A program made the position numbers and the translations under genes. A DNA stretch of 64,000 nucleotides, taken from NCBI GenBank assembly GCA_963845755.1, contig CAWJTV010000005.1, positions 512,001-576,000 on the forward strand, written 5' to 3'. The notes beneath the pieces are model-generated. The model made no database searches. It was not told where the DNA came from and was given only the letters and a program-made list of their open reading frames with translations. The stretch comes from an uncultured Planctomycetota bacterium. GTDB taxonomy: Bacteria > Planctomycetota > Planctomycetia > Isosphaerales > Isosphaeraceae. Shown in pieces: positions 50,877 through 61,651 of the stretch (the first letter of the stretch is position 1; every line of letters starts with the position of its first letter).

Positions 50877-53678
50877 ATGACTCTTAACGACCTCCCCAAG
50901 CAATACGATCCCCAGGATGCCCAGCGGCGCTATTACGATCTCTGGGTCAATAGTCGCTATTTCCACGCCGATGCCGATCCGTCCGGCGCGAAGCCACCTT
51001 ACTGCATCGTGATCCCGCCGCCGAATGTGACCGGGGCACTGCACCTGGGCCACGCGTTGAACAATACATTGCAAGATGTGCTCATCCGTTGGCGTCGGAT
51101 GCAGGGTTACGACGTGCTCTGGATGCCCGGCACCGATCATGCGGGCATCGCCACCCAGGCCGTGGTGGAGCGTCGTCTGTTCGAGGAGGAGAAGAAGACC
51201 CGGCATGATCTGGGACGGGAGGCCCTCGTAAAGCGGATCTGGGCCTGGAAGGACGAGTACGAGGCCCGCATCCTCAGCCAACTCCGGCTGATGGGCTGCT
51301 CGTGCGACTGGGAGCGGACGAGGTTCACGCTCGATGAGGTCTGCTCGCGCGCCGTGCGCAGGACGTTCTTCAACCTGTTCCGCGCCGGCAAAATCTTCCG
51401 CGGCAAGCGGCTGGTCAACTGGGACGCTCAACTCCGCACCGCCGTGGCCGACGACGAGATCTATTCGGAGGACGTCCAGGGCCATCTCTGGACCATCAAG
51501 TACCCGATCGCCGATTCGACGACCGGCGAGGTCCTGCACATCGCCACGACCCGGCCCGAGACGATGCTGGGCGATACGGCCGTCGCGGTCCATCCCGACG
51601 ACTCGCGCTACCAGCACCTCATCGGTAAGGCTGCCGAGCTGCCCTTGACGGGCCGCCAGATCCCCATCATCGCCGATGGCATCCTGGTTGACCCGTCGTT
51701 CGGCACGGGCGTCGTCAAGGTCACGCCGGCGCACGACCCGAACGATTACGCCGCCGGAGTCCGCAACGCCCTGCCGATGATCAACCTGCTCAACGCCGAT
51801 GGCACGTACAACGAGAATGCCGGCAAGTACACGGGTCTCGACCGGATCGTTGTGCGCAAACGCGTCGTCGAGGATCTCAAGGAACAGGGCCTGCTCGAGC
51901 GGATCGATGCGCACCTGGTGCCGCTCAAGCATTCGGATCGCAGCAAGACCCCGATCGAGCCGTACCTGTCGGATCAGTGGTTCGTCCGGATGGCGGACGA
52001 TCCGGACGGCTCGCCCGGTTTCGCCCAGCAGGCGATGGACGCCGTGACCTCTGGCCGGATCAAGATCCATCCGGAGCGATACGCCAAGAGCTACCTCGAC
52101 TGGCTCGCCGAGAAGCGCGACTGGTGCATCAGCCGACAACTCTGGTGGGGGCATCGGATTCCGATCTGGCATTGTGCCAGTTGCACCGAGGACGATCTGA
52201 AGCTCGCATTCGTCGGACGCTCGGACGTGACCTGGAAGCCCGGCGAGTCTGGAGGCTGGCTCATCTGTAGCGAGTCGGAACTGGCCGGCAACGAGTTAGG
52301 ACCGGGCCATCGCCTGGAACAGGATCCCGACGTTCTCGACACCTGGTTCAGCTCGGCTTTGTGGCCGCATTCGACGCTCGGCTGGCCGGAGGAGACTCCG
52401 GAGCTGTCGAAGTTCTACCCGACCAGCGTCCTCTCGACGGCCCGCGACATCATCACGCTCTGGGTGGCACGGATGGTGATCTTCGGTCTCTTCAATCGCA
52501 AGGATGTGCCGTTCCACGACGTCTACATCCATCCGGTGATCCAGGACGGTAAGGGCAAGCGGATGTCGAAGTCGGCCGGTAACGGCGTTGATCCGGTCAA
52601 CATCATCGAGATTCACGGTGCCGATGCGCTCCGATACACGCTGGCCGCCGGTGCCACGGAGACTCAGGACTTGCGGATTCCGGTCGAGAAACTGAAGCTC
52701 TCCGACGGCCGTACGATCAACACCTCGGAGCGATTCGAGCAGGGGCGGAACTTCGCAAACAAGTTCTGGAACGCCGCCCGGTTCGCCCTGATGAACCTGG
52801 AAGGCTATGAGGCCGCCGAGATCGCATTAGAGACATTGCCGGTCGAGGACCGTTGGATCCTCGACGGCCTGGACCAGACAATCGCTGGTGTCACATCGGA
52901 CCTGGAGCAGTTTCAATTTGCCGAGGCAGCGCGACGGCTCCGGGACTTCACCTGGGGTGGTTTCTGCGATTGGTACGTCGAGTTCGTGAAGGCTCGGCTC
53001 CGCGATCCTTCGGCCCGTCCGACGGCACAGCGCGTGTTGGCCGCGCTCCTGGATGCACTTTGCCGGTTGCTCCACCCCATCATGCCCTTCGTGACCGAGC
53101 AGGTCTGGCAGGGCCTGGCCAGTCTGGCTCCAGTTCGCGGACTCCCCGCGCCGAGGATCGCCGAAGAGAGCGTTTGCGTGGCCGCCTGGCCGAATCCGCT
53201 GGGCTGGTCGGATGCGACGGCGCGGCAGACTGTCGAGCAATGGTGCGAGGCGATCAAGGCGATCCGCAACCTGCGCGCCGAGCGGAACGTCCCGAAGGAA
53301 GCCAAGATTGCCCCGGTCCTCGTCGCGAAGGGGACCGTGGCCGATTGGCTAAGACAGGGCGAGCCCTACCTGCGGAGCCTGCCGCCGGCCGAATCGGTAT
53401 CGATCGTGGAATCGGTCGAGCGCCCAGCGGAGTGCGCGGTGGCCGTGCTGCCCGAGGTCGAGATCATCCTGCCGCTCACGGGCCTGATCGATAGGGAGGC
53501 AGAGTTAGCCAAGATACGAAAGAACCTGTCCGACCTTGAACGCCAGATCGGCGGTCATCGCGCGAAGCTGGGCAATGAATCGTTCGTGGCGCGGGCTCCC
53601 GCCGAGGTCGTCGAGCAGGCGCGCGCCAAACTCGCCGAGCTCGAGGCGCAGCGCGAGGCGGTCCTGAAACTCCTTTAG
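50877..53678 (+). CDS. valS: Valine--tRNA ligase
   Basis: PPPNVTGALHLGH, GTDHAGIATQ, DWCISRQLWWGH, RMSKS, C-terminal coiled coil. Confidence 0.98.
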   Translation: MTLNDLPKQYDPQDAQRRYYDLWVNSRYFHADADPSGAKPPYCIVIPPPNVTGALHLGHALNNTLQDVLIRWRRMQGYDVLWMPGTDHAGIATQAVVERRLFEEEKKTRHDLGREALVKRIWAWKDEYEARILSQLRLMGCSCDWERTRFTLDEVCSRAVRRTFFNLFRAGKIFRGKRLVNWDAQLRTAVADDEIYSEDVQGHLWTIKYPIADSTTGEVLHIATTRPETMLGDTAVAVHPDDSRYQHLIGKAAELPLTGRQIPIIADGILVDPSFGTGVVKVTPAHDPNDYAAGVRNALPMINLLNADGTYNENAGKYTGLDRIVVRKRVVEDLKEQGLLERIDAHLVPLKHSDRSKTPIEPYLSDQWFVRMADDPDGSPGFAQQAMDAVTSGRIKIHPERYAKSYLDWLAEKRDWCISRQLWWGHRIPIWHCASCTEDDLKLAFVGRSDVTWKPGESGGWLICSESELAGNELGPGHRLEQDPDVLDTWFSSALWPHSTLGWPEETPELSKFYPTSVLSTARDIITLWVARMVIFGLFNRKDVPFHDVYIHPVIQDGKGKRMSKSAGNGVDPVNIIEIHGADALRYTLAAGATETQDLRIPVEKLKLSDGRTINTSERFEQGRNFANKFWNAARFALMNLEGYEAAEIALETLPVEDRWILDGLDQTIAGVTSDLEQFQFAEAARRLRDFTWGGFCDWYVEFVKARLRDPSARPTAQRVLAALLDALCRLLHPIMPFVTEQVWQGLASLAPVRGLPAPRIAEESVCVAAWPNPLGWSDATARQTVEQWCEAIKAIRNLRAERNVPKEAKIAPVLVAKGTVADWLRQGEPYLRSLPPAESVSIVESVERPAECAVAVLPEVEIILPLTGLIDREAELAKIRKNLSDLERQIGGHRAKLGNESFVARAPAEVVEQARAKLAELEAQREAVLKLL

Positions 53679-53785
53679 TTTTGTCCGTTGTCCGTGGTCC
53701 GTCGTCCGTGGTACGTTGTCGATCGGGCATCGGCCGTGAATCCGGGCGAACTGACCTATTGCTTATTGACCGAGGTGAGATTGCC

Positions 53786-54182
53786 GTGGCTGTTCAGATG
53801 GACCTCACGCGGATCATCATCAACGAGACCAGCGACTCGCACATCATCTTCCTCAAGGAAGTGGATGGGGATCGGATGTTCCCGATCGTGATCGGATTCT
53901 TCGAGGCGTCGAGTATCGAGCGGCGAGTCAAGAACCAGTCAACCCAACGCCCGTTGACCCACGACCTGCTGGCCAGCACGATCGACCTGCTGGGGGGCGA
54001 TTTACAGGACATCTATATCAACGAACTGCGCGAGCATACCTATTACGCCAAGCTCAGAATTCGGCATGAGGGCGAGCTCGTCGAGGTCGAACTCCCGACC
54101 CAGCGACGCCATTGCGCTGGCCGTGACCGTCGATGTGCCAATCTACGTGGCCGATGATATCCTGGAGGAGGTCGGCCAGTAA
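53786..54182 (+). CDS. Bifunctional nuclease (DUF151) family, frameshift near 54090
   Basis: [17 protein letters not shown], then RPSDAIALA in the shifted frame. Confidence 0.85.
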
Positions 54183-54272
54183 CGGATCTTCGGTTCTCGA
54201 TTTGGGATCACACACGCGGGTCACCGTCGTCGGTTATCCGGAATCTCGAATCTCGAATCCGGAGTCCCACGA

Positions 54273-54360
54273 GGAGGGGTGCCAGAGTGGTTGATCGGGA
54301 CGGTCTTGAAAACCGTTGACAGGTTCCGCCTGTCCGTGGGTTCGAATCCCACCCCCTCCG
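54273..54360 (+). tRNA. tRNA-Ser(UGA)
   Basis: GGAGGGGTGCCAGAGTGG...ACGGTCTTGAAAACCGT...GTGGGTTCGAATCCCACCCCCTCCG; long variable arm. Confidence 0.96.
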
Positions 54361-55239
54361 CTGACAAGGTCCGACTGATCGCGACAGCAAGCGTCAAACC
54401 CATCATTATCCGGGGTTCCCTCTCCATCGACTTGCAAAAATCTGATCTTACAATCATATCAGAATTAAATTGAATGTAACTTGGAAGCGCGGTGCCCATG
54501 GCCGACCGATCCAGCATGACGCAATCGAAGCCGGCCAGTTGGCGGCTTCCAACTCGGCACGCCGGCCCAACTCCTCCGTCACCCGGCAGTCAGGGCATCC
54601 CTTAAGTGCCCGTTCGACGCCACCAGTATCGGCATTTCCGATGAGAGCTAGCAACCACGAGTGAATCAGTGCACCTGAAGGTTTACTCGCTGCCCGAGAG
54701 CGACAACGCATGCGTGCTCCGAATCGCACTTTGAGCTCCGTTCTCAACTCCTGAATCTTCAGGACGAAGAATTCCTTGCCAGGCTGATCCCCGGCCCCGG
54801 TCGTCATATCCGGATTTGTCGAGCGGACCATCTACGTTGTGCCCGAGGGCCGACCCTGGCACCTCCGGAGGGTACTCATCGGCCCAGGTCAGTCAGACGG
54901 CCCGCGACTTGCTGAGTTCGAGCAGGGGCTAGAGTCGTTACTCCTTCGAGGCCTGAATTTACGTTTATTAACTTACACGGTATCCAAGGAGGCTTGACGG
55001 GCGCAGTAGAATAGTTCGGTTTCGCTTGACCTACCTGTTGGAGCACGTGTCAAAACCGAGATTCCACCTTATCTCGGCTCCTTGCACGTCTTCGAGTTTG
55101 GCAGGACCGGTCTTCGACGCGGTCCGGCGAAGATCCAGTCCCAGAGATCCCGCTCTTCTGTGCTCGCTGGCACGCTCTCCCACCGGCGATCCTCAGGGCT
55201 CATGATGATGGGCCGAAGACTTCCTCGGGAGCCATCCGG

Positions 55240-55653
55240 ATGCATATGCACTTACACCTTGCACGAAGGTTGATGACGTTGGGGTTGGTCATGCTGATCT
55301 TGGCCCCATTTATCCTCTATTTCGAAGCCCCGGCTGCAACACGAACCTCGGCAGATCTGCCCTCCGTCGCAGGCCGAGTGAACTACCACGGTCATCCAGT
55401 CACCGATATGTATATTTGTTTGGACTCAGGCCATGCACACTGCGCACTCGGCTGGATTAAACCCGATGGATCGTTCGATATCGACGAGGTGAACTCTAAC
55501 AGGCCCGGCGCCTTGTGCGGCCATTATCACGCGCATATTTCGTCGCAAATGAACGGACCGTCCCTCCCCGCCCGTTATCAAGACTCTCAGACCTCGGGCC
55601 TGGAGATGGACGTCGAATTGGATTGGAATTACTTCGACATCGACCTGCCTTAG
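55240..55653 (+). CDS. Hypothetical membrane-anchored protein (carboxypeptidase regulatory-like fold suspected)
   Basis: VAGRVNYHGHPV, DGSF, LPARYQDSQTSGLEMDV..NYFDIDL, a common planctomycete pattern. Confidence 0.7.
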   Translation: MHMHLHLARRLMTLGLVMLILAPFILYFEAPAATRTSADLPSVAGRVNYHGHPVTDMYICLDSGHAHCALGWIKPDGSFDIDEVNSNRPGALCGHYHAHISSQMNGPSLPARYQDSQTSGLEMDVELDWNYFDIDLP

Positions 55654-55962
55654 AGCGCTTTACGGTTGCGTTGCGCACCTCTCCGGCGAGAGCGATCGAG
55701 CCCCGCCCGAAGGCTGGGGGACGTCCGCCGGCGGCCTGAAGGGCCGCAGGAACCCAGCCTGGGGTGAAACCCCAGGTCTCGTGTGCCCCGCGCCCTTCTT
55801 GTGCACCCTGAAGGGGTGCCGGAGGAATCTCCTGCGGCCCTTCAGGCCGCCCGCGACGTGGTAGCCGTGGACCCCGGGTTTCACCCGGGGCTGGGCTGCC
55901 GCGGCCCTTCAGGCCTCCGGAGATCGGCTGTTCTTGGGCGCAACCCATCTGTTAAGCGCTCG
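55652..55962. repeat. REP-containing MITE-like element (second family)
   Basis: Ends AGAGCGCTTTAC / GTTAAGCGCTC; internal GGCCTGAAGGGCCGC / GCGGCCCTTCAGGCC and CCCAGCCTGGGGTGAAACCCCAGG palindromes. Confidence 0.8.
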
Positions 55963-56141
55963 AGGGGCCTCTCGATCAAGTCAATAGTTGAGAATCAAAG
56001 ACGGCGGCGATGACAGAGCGCGACATGTGCGCTCCCAGAAGGCGGGGTTCCGACCAGCAAGAGCCCCTTTGCGGATATACCCACATCCCCGGCCGATCGC
56101 CGCCAGTCCCGAATTCCGGTACGAGCCGTGCGAGGAGCCGT

Positions 56142-57251
56142 CTAGCCGGCCATCGCCTCAACGGGTGCCGCCACCGGCGCCTGGTCGAGATACTGATAGA
56201 AGACATTCCGCTGCCGAGGAATGTAGCCACTCTCGCGAATCGCCCGACGGATCTCCTCCAGCGAGAGGTGATATACGGTCCCGGCCGAGGAAACGACGTT
56301 CTCTTCGATCATGAGGCTCCCCATGTCGTTGGCCCCGAAGTGGAGCGCGATCTGACCGATCTTGGGACCTTGGGTGACCCAGGACGATTGGATGTTCGGC
56401 ACGTTATCCAGGTAGAGCCGGGAGATGGCCTGCGTCTTGAGGTATTCGAACGCCCCGGCTGGTGGCGTGCCGGCCATGTCGGTGTGCTCCGGCTGGAACG
56501 TCCAGGAGATGAAGGCCGTCAATCCGCCGGTCTCATCCTGCAACTGCCGGACGCGCTCGAAATGCTCCACTCGCTCCTCGATCGTCTCGATGTGGCCGAA
56601 CATCATGGTGGCCGTTGACCGGCCGCCCAGGTCATGCCAGACTCGATGAACGTCCAGCCAGTTGTCGGTCATCACCTTGCCCCGCGTGATCGCCTTGCGG
56701 ACGCGATCGACCAGGATCTCGGCTCCGCCCCCCGGCAGGCTGCCGAGCCCCGCCGCCTTCAGTCGCTCCAGCACGGTCCGGAGGGGTAACTTTTCCACCT
56801 TGGTGAAGTGATAGATCTCCGGCGCACTGAAGCCATGCACGTTGACGCCAGGAAAGTGGTCTTTGATGTTGACCAGCAGTTCCTCGTACCACTCCAGTTT
56901 CAGGTGCGGATGCAGGCCGCCTTGCATCAGGATCTGATCGCCACCGAGATCCACCGTCTCGCGGATCTTTTGCAGCAGAACGTCGCGGTCGAGGACGTAA
57001 GCGTCGCTGTCGCCCACCCGACGGTAGAAGGTGCAGAAGTCGCAGACCGCCGCACACACGTTCGTGTAGTTGATATTCCGGTCGATGTTGTAGGTCCGGA
57101 ACGGCTCGGGATGGAGGCGACGACAGACCGCATCGGCCGCGCGGCCGAGCTCGAGCAGCGAGGCCGAACGGAACAGCTCGACTCCGTCCTCGAATCCTAG
57201 CCGGTCGCCATCAACGGCGCGGTGCAAGATCGCGGCCACGGTAGAAGACAA
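56142..57251 (-). CDS. mqnC: Cyclic dehypoxanthinyl futalosine synthase (radical SAM)
   Basis: TYNIDRNINYTNVCAAVCDFCTF, LMQGG, LPGGGAEIL, ATMMFGHIE, NIQSSWVTQG, MIEENVV. Confidence 0.93.
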   Translation of the reverse strand: MSSTVAAILHRAVDGDRLGFEDGVELFRSASLLELGRAADAVCRRLHPEPFRTYNIDRNINYTNVCAAVCDFCTFYRRVGDSDAYVLDRDVLLQKIRETVDLGGDQILMQGGLHPHLKLEWYEELLVNIKDHFPGVNVHGFSAPEIYHFTKVEKLPLRTVLERLKAAGLGSLPGGGAEILVDRVRKAITRGKVMTDNWLDVHRVWHDLGGRSTATMMFGHIETIEERVEHFERVRQLQDETGGLTAFISWTFQPEHTDMAGTPPAGAFEYLKTQAISRLYLDNVPNIQSSWVTQGPKIGQIALHFGANDMGSLMIEENVVSSAGTVYHLSLEEIRRAIRESGYIPRQRNVFYQYLDQAPVAAPVEAMAG

Positions 57252-58038
57252 GGTTCACTCCTTCCGGCGCCAGGCCGTGCCGTGCCGCCTGTCGGGCGAA
57301 ACAGGTCAGGCCGGCGATCTCCGGCTCGCCGAGGTCGTAGGACAAGACGCGAGTGAGATAATCGTAACACGTCGTGAAATCGAGTCCTAGACGGGGACCA
57401 TGGATCTCGGCGAGGTCGGAAGCATGGGCCAGGCCGGCAGACCGGCTGCGCGCCAGGGCTTCGGGCAGGTCGCCCAGGTCAACTCCCCCGCGCGCCACCC
57501 AGAGGGCGAACACGAACGGAAGCCCGGTCATCTCCCGCCAGGCGGCGGCCAGATCAACGACGTCGTGGAACGGCTGGTGCGGGACCTTCATGGCCCGGTC
57601 GCCGATCAGCAGAACGGCGTCGGCCGTGCTTTCGAGTACCGAGACGCCCAGTGGCAATTGCTCGATCTGCGCGGGCCTGATTCCATGCCGCCATTCGAGC
57701 CAGATCCGCGCCAGCGCCTGGCTGGTCCGAGACCCGGCGTCCAGCGCCAGCCGTTGAACTTGGTCCCAGGGCACCCTTGTAAACAGCTTCACGCTCCGCA
57801 CCGGGCCGTTCGCCGCGATGGCGAAATCGGGAACGATCTCATAGCCACGGTCCACACCGCGTAGATATTCGATAGAGGGGATCAACGCGACGTCCAACGA
57901 GCCTTCGGCTAATTGCTCGGCCAGTCTGCTGGGCACATCCATCGACAGGACGATCTCAGGCGCATGGTCGCAAAGCTCATAATAGAGCGGCTTTGCGTTG
58001 AGGTAACTCACGGCACCGATCCGGATAGGAGGGTTCAT
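57211..58038 (-). CDS. mqnA: Chorismate dehydratase (futalosine pathway)
   Basis: RIGAVSYLNAKPL, GPVRSV, SRTS, LLIGDRA, TGLPFVFALW. Confidence 0.93.
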   Translation of the reverse strand: MNPPIRIGAVSYLNAKPLYYELCDHAPEIVLSMDVPSRLAEQLAEGSLDVALIPSIEYLRGVDRGYEIVPDFAIAANGPVRSVKLFTRVPWDQVQRLALDAGSRTSQALARIWLEWRHGIRPAQIEQLPLGVSVLESTADAVLLIGDRAMKVPHQPFHDVVDLAAAWREMTGLPFVFALWVARGGVDLGDLPEALARSRSAGLAHASDLAEIHGPRLGLDFTTCYDYLTRVLSYDLGEPEIAGLTCFARQAARHGLAPEGVNLVFYRGRDLAPRR

Positions 58039-58133
58039 GGTCTGGAGCCTCCTCTCTTGTAGGTGGGGGGGATTCCCGCCTGAGTCACGTTCCGCCTTCG
58101 GTTTGTCTCGACCTTTCAGAATCCTTTGAAATT

Positions 58134-59414
58134 TTAGGCGCCGCGCTGGAAATCGCAAGCCCGCTTCTGTGAGGCCCACTTCGCGAGTTCGGCCGCCGCC
58201 TGGCCGAAGACCTCAGCCCAATCGTCCAGCCGGGACTGGCGGAACAGTCGGATGGTTGGATACCACGGACTATCCTCGCGATCGATCAGCCAACGCCAAT
58301 CACTTCGCGCCGACAGCATTCCCCAGGCTGGCCGGCCCAAGGCACCCGCGAGGTGGAGGACCGAGGTGTCCACGCTGATCGTCAGATCGAGCTGTTCGAT
58401 GGCCGAGGCCGTATCGGCGAAGTCGCCCAGACTCTCGCTCAGGTCGGCCACGATACCGCTCCGACCTGCGAGTTGGTGAACCTCGCCGGCGCGGGGACCG
58501 ACCTGGAGGCTGTAAAATGCGACGTCGGAGACATCCAGTAGTGGCGCGAAGTCGAGCAGGCGGCACGATCGGTGCCGATCGTTGAGGTGGGTCGGGCTGC
58601 CGGACCAGGCGAGTCCCACCTTCAGGCGCGGGTTCGGGATCGGCCCGGGTCGCAGATCGAGCGATCGATGGTCTGGTTGCAAGTAAGGAACTCGCGCCGG
58701 GACGGTCTCCAGGGTCGTGCCCAGGACGCGCGGCAAACTCATCAGCGGGAGATAGGCGTGGAACTCGGAGACCTGCACGTTCCCAGGTCCGCGCAGTTCG
58801 GCCACACCGGGGAGCGATCGGAAGAGCGAGAACAGATTCTCGGGACAGAAAAAGATGAGGCGATCGCAACGCTCGGCCGCGATGGGGAGATAACGGACGA
58901 ACTGTACCGCGTCCCCTGCGCCCTGCTCGCTGTGGACCAGCAGGGTCCCGTTCAGTCGTCGGCCATCCCACAGCGGATGCGGGACCCGGAACGGCGTGAA
59001 CCGGCTGGTCTGCCAACGCCATTCACACTCCGAGAACCCTTCGCGGAACCGACCGAGACGGAGCAATAGCATTCCCAGGTTGAAGTGGGCGTCGGGGAAC
59101 TGGTTGTTCAATGTGATCGCTTTGCGATAATGCGTCTCGGCCGCGTCGCGGAGTCCCAGTCGTTCCTCGAGGATTGCCAGGTTGTTATAGGCACCAGCCA
59201 TCCGGCCGTCGCGCGACAGGACATCGATGAACTCAACCCAGGCCAGCTCGGACAGCTCCAGGTCGCGATAGACCACGCCCAGGTTGTAACGGGCCTGGAC
59301 CGAGCCGGGAACCAGTCTCAGGGCTTGCTCGAAGTGCCCCCGTGCCCGTTCCAACTCCCCCTTCTCATAGCTCTCGTTACCCGCGGCAAGTTGGTCCGCG
59401 AAAGCGTCCGGCAT
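58134..59414 (-). CDS. TPR-containing glycosyltransferase family 9-like protein
   Basis: N-terminal TPRs; EQGAGDAVQFVRY, VGLAWSG, DLTISVDTSVLHLAGALG, DSPWYP. Confidence 0.9.
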   Translation of the reverse strand: MPDAFADQLAAGNESYEKGELERARGHFEQALRLVPGSVQARYNLGVVYRDLELSELAWVEFIDVLSRDGRMAGAYNNLAILEERLGLRDAAETHYRKAITLNNQFPDAHFNLGMLLLRLGRFREGFSECEWRWQTSRFTPFRVPHPLWDGRRLNGTLLVHSEQGAGDAVQFVRYLPIAAERCDRLIFFCPENLFSLFRSLPGVAELRGPGNVQVSEFHAYLPLMSLPRVLGTTLETVPARVPYLQPDHRSLDLRPGPIPNPRLKVGLAWSGSPTHLNDRHRSCRLLDFAPLLDVSDVAFYSLQVGPRAGEVHQLAGRSGIVADLSESLGDFADTASAIEQLDLTISVDTSVLHLAGALGRPAWGMLSARSDWRWLIDREDSPWYPTIRLFRQSRLDDWAEVFGQAAAELAKWASQKRACDFQRGA

Positions 59415-60694
59415 CAGCCTGTCCCCAGGGAGGCCGCGAGATGACCCGCCTTGACAACACCACCTTGCATCACCGCGATGAAGCGCGAACGATCCTCCAG
59501 TAATTCGATGTTCGCGAGCACGTCGCCGTTGACGACCAGGATGTCGGCGAATTTGCCCGCCTCGACCGTACCGAATTCGTGATCGCGTCCCATGATCTCG
59601 GCGCCGGTCTTGGTCGCGCAGACGATCGTCTCCATCGGAGTGAACCCCACCGAGCGGACGAAGAACGTCAGCTCCTTGGCATAATCGCCGTGCGGGTTCC
59701 AGGCGAAACCGTAATCGCCGCCCATTCCGAGCCGCCCGCCGGCCTTGAGGATCATCCGGCGCTCTTCGGCGCCCCCTTCGAGCGTTTCCTTATGACCATT
59801 GACCACCGTCTGCGACATCCCGAAGCTTGGTCCCTTCACGATGCTGGCATGCTCGAACTGGAGGGCTGGCACGACGGGCGTGTTCCGTTCCAGAAGCATG
59901 TCGAGCGCCTCCGCGTCCATGAAGGTGCCGTGCTCCAGCGTGTCGAAGCCGGAGCGGATGGCGTTCTTGATCCCCTGATTCGCGCGGCAATGACCGGTCA
60001 CCTTGCGATGATAGTTGTGCGCCTCGGCAACCACGGCCGTCATCTCTTCGAGCGTCATGCAGAGCGTGTGATGGTCGGCCGTATCGGGTGCAGCGGCGTC
60101 GCCGGTCGGATAGGTCTTGATCCATTCGACTCCGTCCTTGACCAACTTACGCACGGCCTTTCGGCCCTCGTCCGGCCCATTGATGAGCAGGATCAAGCCC
60201 TCCATGCCGAGTTTGAGATGCTCGGGATTCCAGTCCATCAATCCCCCGGCGCCACAGATCTCCCGACCACTTGCGGCCAACCGCGGGCCGGGGATCAGGT
60301 CCTCCTCGATCGCCTTCTTCAGCCAGACGTCGATGTTGTGCAAGCTGCCGCCACTGCGGGCGGCCGTGTAGCCGCATTCGAGGGCCAGCCTCGCGTTGCA
60401 CGCGGCCAGGATCGTCACGTATTCGACGGGATACTTGATGTCCAGATCGGCAAGTTCGGCGACGTTGAAATACGTCGGATGGAAATGCGCCTCGACCAGT
60501 CCCGGAAGGATCGTCCCGCCGCGTGCGTCGATCCGGCGTACGTCGGGCGGGACTTCCGGGACGCCTCGCGCCGGCCCTGAGTAGGCGATCCTTCCGTCCT
60601 TCACCAGCACGGCCGCGTCCGCAACGACCGGCCCGCCCGTCCCATCCACGAGCCGGCCATTAGCGATCAGCGTCACCCCCTGATCGGACTTCAT
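59414..60694 (-). CDS. Amidohydrolase family protein (prolidase-like group)
   Basis: PGLVEAHFH, WIK, TLEHG, MGGDYG, GKFADILVVNGD. Confidence 0.9.
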   Translation of the reverse strand: MKSDQGVTLIANGRLVDGTGGPVVADAAVLVKDGRIAYSGPARGVPEVPPDVRRIDARGGTILPGLVEAHFHPTYFNVAELADLDIKYPVEYVTILAACNARLALECGYTAARSGGSLHNIDVWLKKAIEEDLIPGPRLAASGREICGAGGLMDWNPEHLKLGMEGLILLINGPDEGRKAVRKLVKDGVEWIKTYPTGDAAAPDTADHHTLCMTLEEMTAVVAEAHNYHRKVTGHCRANQGIKNAIRSGFDTLEHGTFMDAEALDMLLERNTPVVPALQFEHASIVKGPSFGMSQTVVNGHKETLEGGAEERRMILKAGGRLGMGGDYGFAWNPHGDYAKELTFFVRSVGFTPMETIVCATKTGAEIMGRDHEFGTVEAGKFADILVVNGDVLANIELLEDRSRFIAVMQGGVVKAGHLAASLGTG

Positions 60695-61651
60695 GCTGGA
60701 AGCCTCCTCATCCCCGTGGTTGACGACGCGGCCGATCCGCCCTAACCTGCCTTGCAGGATGCAGTTTGACTCTAGAAGTCCCCATGTCGGCTGTCAAGAA
60801 CCGCGGCGATCGAGGGAAACGGTGAACAAGGCGGAACCCCTACGAGCGACCATGCAAGCCAAGCCGCTGATGGAGATGGCGGCAACAGCGTTGACGCTCG
60901 CGATCGCGCACCATGTCGTTCCGCTCGGCAAACTCGAGGTGTCCCGGTTCGGCGAACGTACGGATTACCGTTCGAGCCGGTTCTCATGTATGCTGGAATT
61001 GAGCGGGACCGAGTCCCGGGATGAATTGGGACGCCGCTATCGACAAAGAATCGCGCAAGCCTTGAGCAATCCGATCGGCTGGGATTCGTACGTTATGGTC
61101 TGTGAGTTCTCGTCCCAGGGTCACCGGATACGCTTTTGTTTCACCGATTGCAGGAACCGGCCGATGACGAAACGCCAAGTTCGAGCGCATTAACCGTTGT
61201 GTCGCGGATCCCCCAGGGCGACGCGAAGAGCCCCGCTAAACCACAGGCCAAAAATTATTTTGGATTTTTTATCTGCTGCTGGGGCTGAAAGTTGGGGCGG
61301 CTCTCAGCCGAAATCCCCGCTAGGTGCATTAAAGCTTTTCCAAAGTTGCGGCATCCTGAGAGTATGGCCCACGTGCGATCACTCTCGAGACGGGCGCCTG
61401 GACCGCGCCGCCCGGTTCAGGTCGTCGTCGCAACCGGATATCAGCCAAAGAGATCGGGGAGGGCGACCTGGGAAAAAGATGTCCCATTGTGCCACTTCAT
61501 GACACCCACATCGGTCAGTGAGCGGCTCGTGCGGATGTCGAACGTATGTTCTCGGCCTGCTTCAAGCACCTACATCAGGCCGTCGTTCACTCGTTGGCCT
61601 GAATCAGGCTTAGGTTCTCGCGACAAAGCACAATCGCTACCAGGATGAACA

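Noticed and set aside
30208..54182. Pseudogenisation or programmed frameshifting in natB-like, cobA-hemD, cimA and DUF151 genes
   Set aside because: Scattered single-base indels in otherwise intact housekeeping genes are better explained by long-read assembly error. Read polishing is needed to confirm.
53683..54263. Heptamer runs (GTCCGT(T/G/C) at 53683-53710; GAATCTC at 54241-54260)
   Set aside because: Short intergenic tandem repeats with no evidence of function.
54361..55240. Genomic island at tRNA-Ser
   Set aside because: The DNA is somewhat AT-richer, but no integrase and no duplicated tRNA 3' end were found.
60693..61650. ORFs or a structured RNA in the long intergenic region
   Set aside because: No recognisable protein motif or RNA family could be supported by eye.
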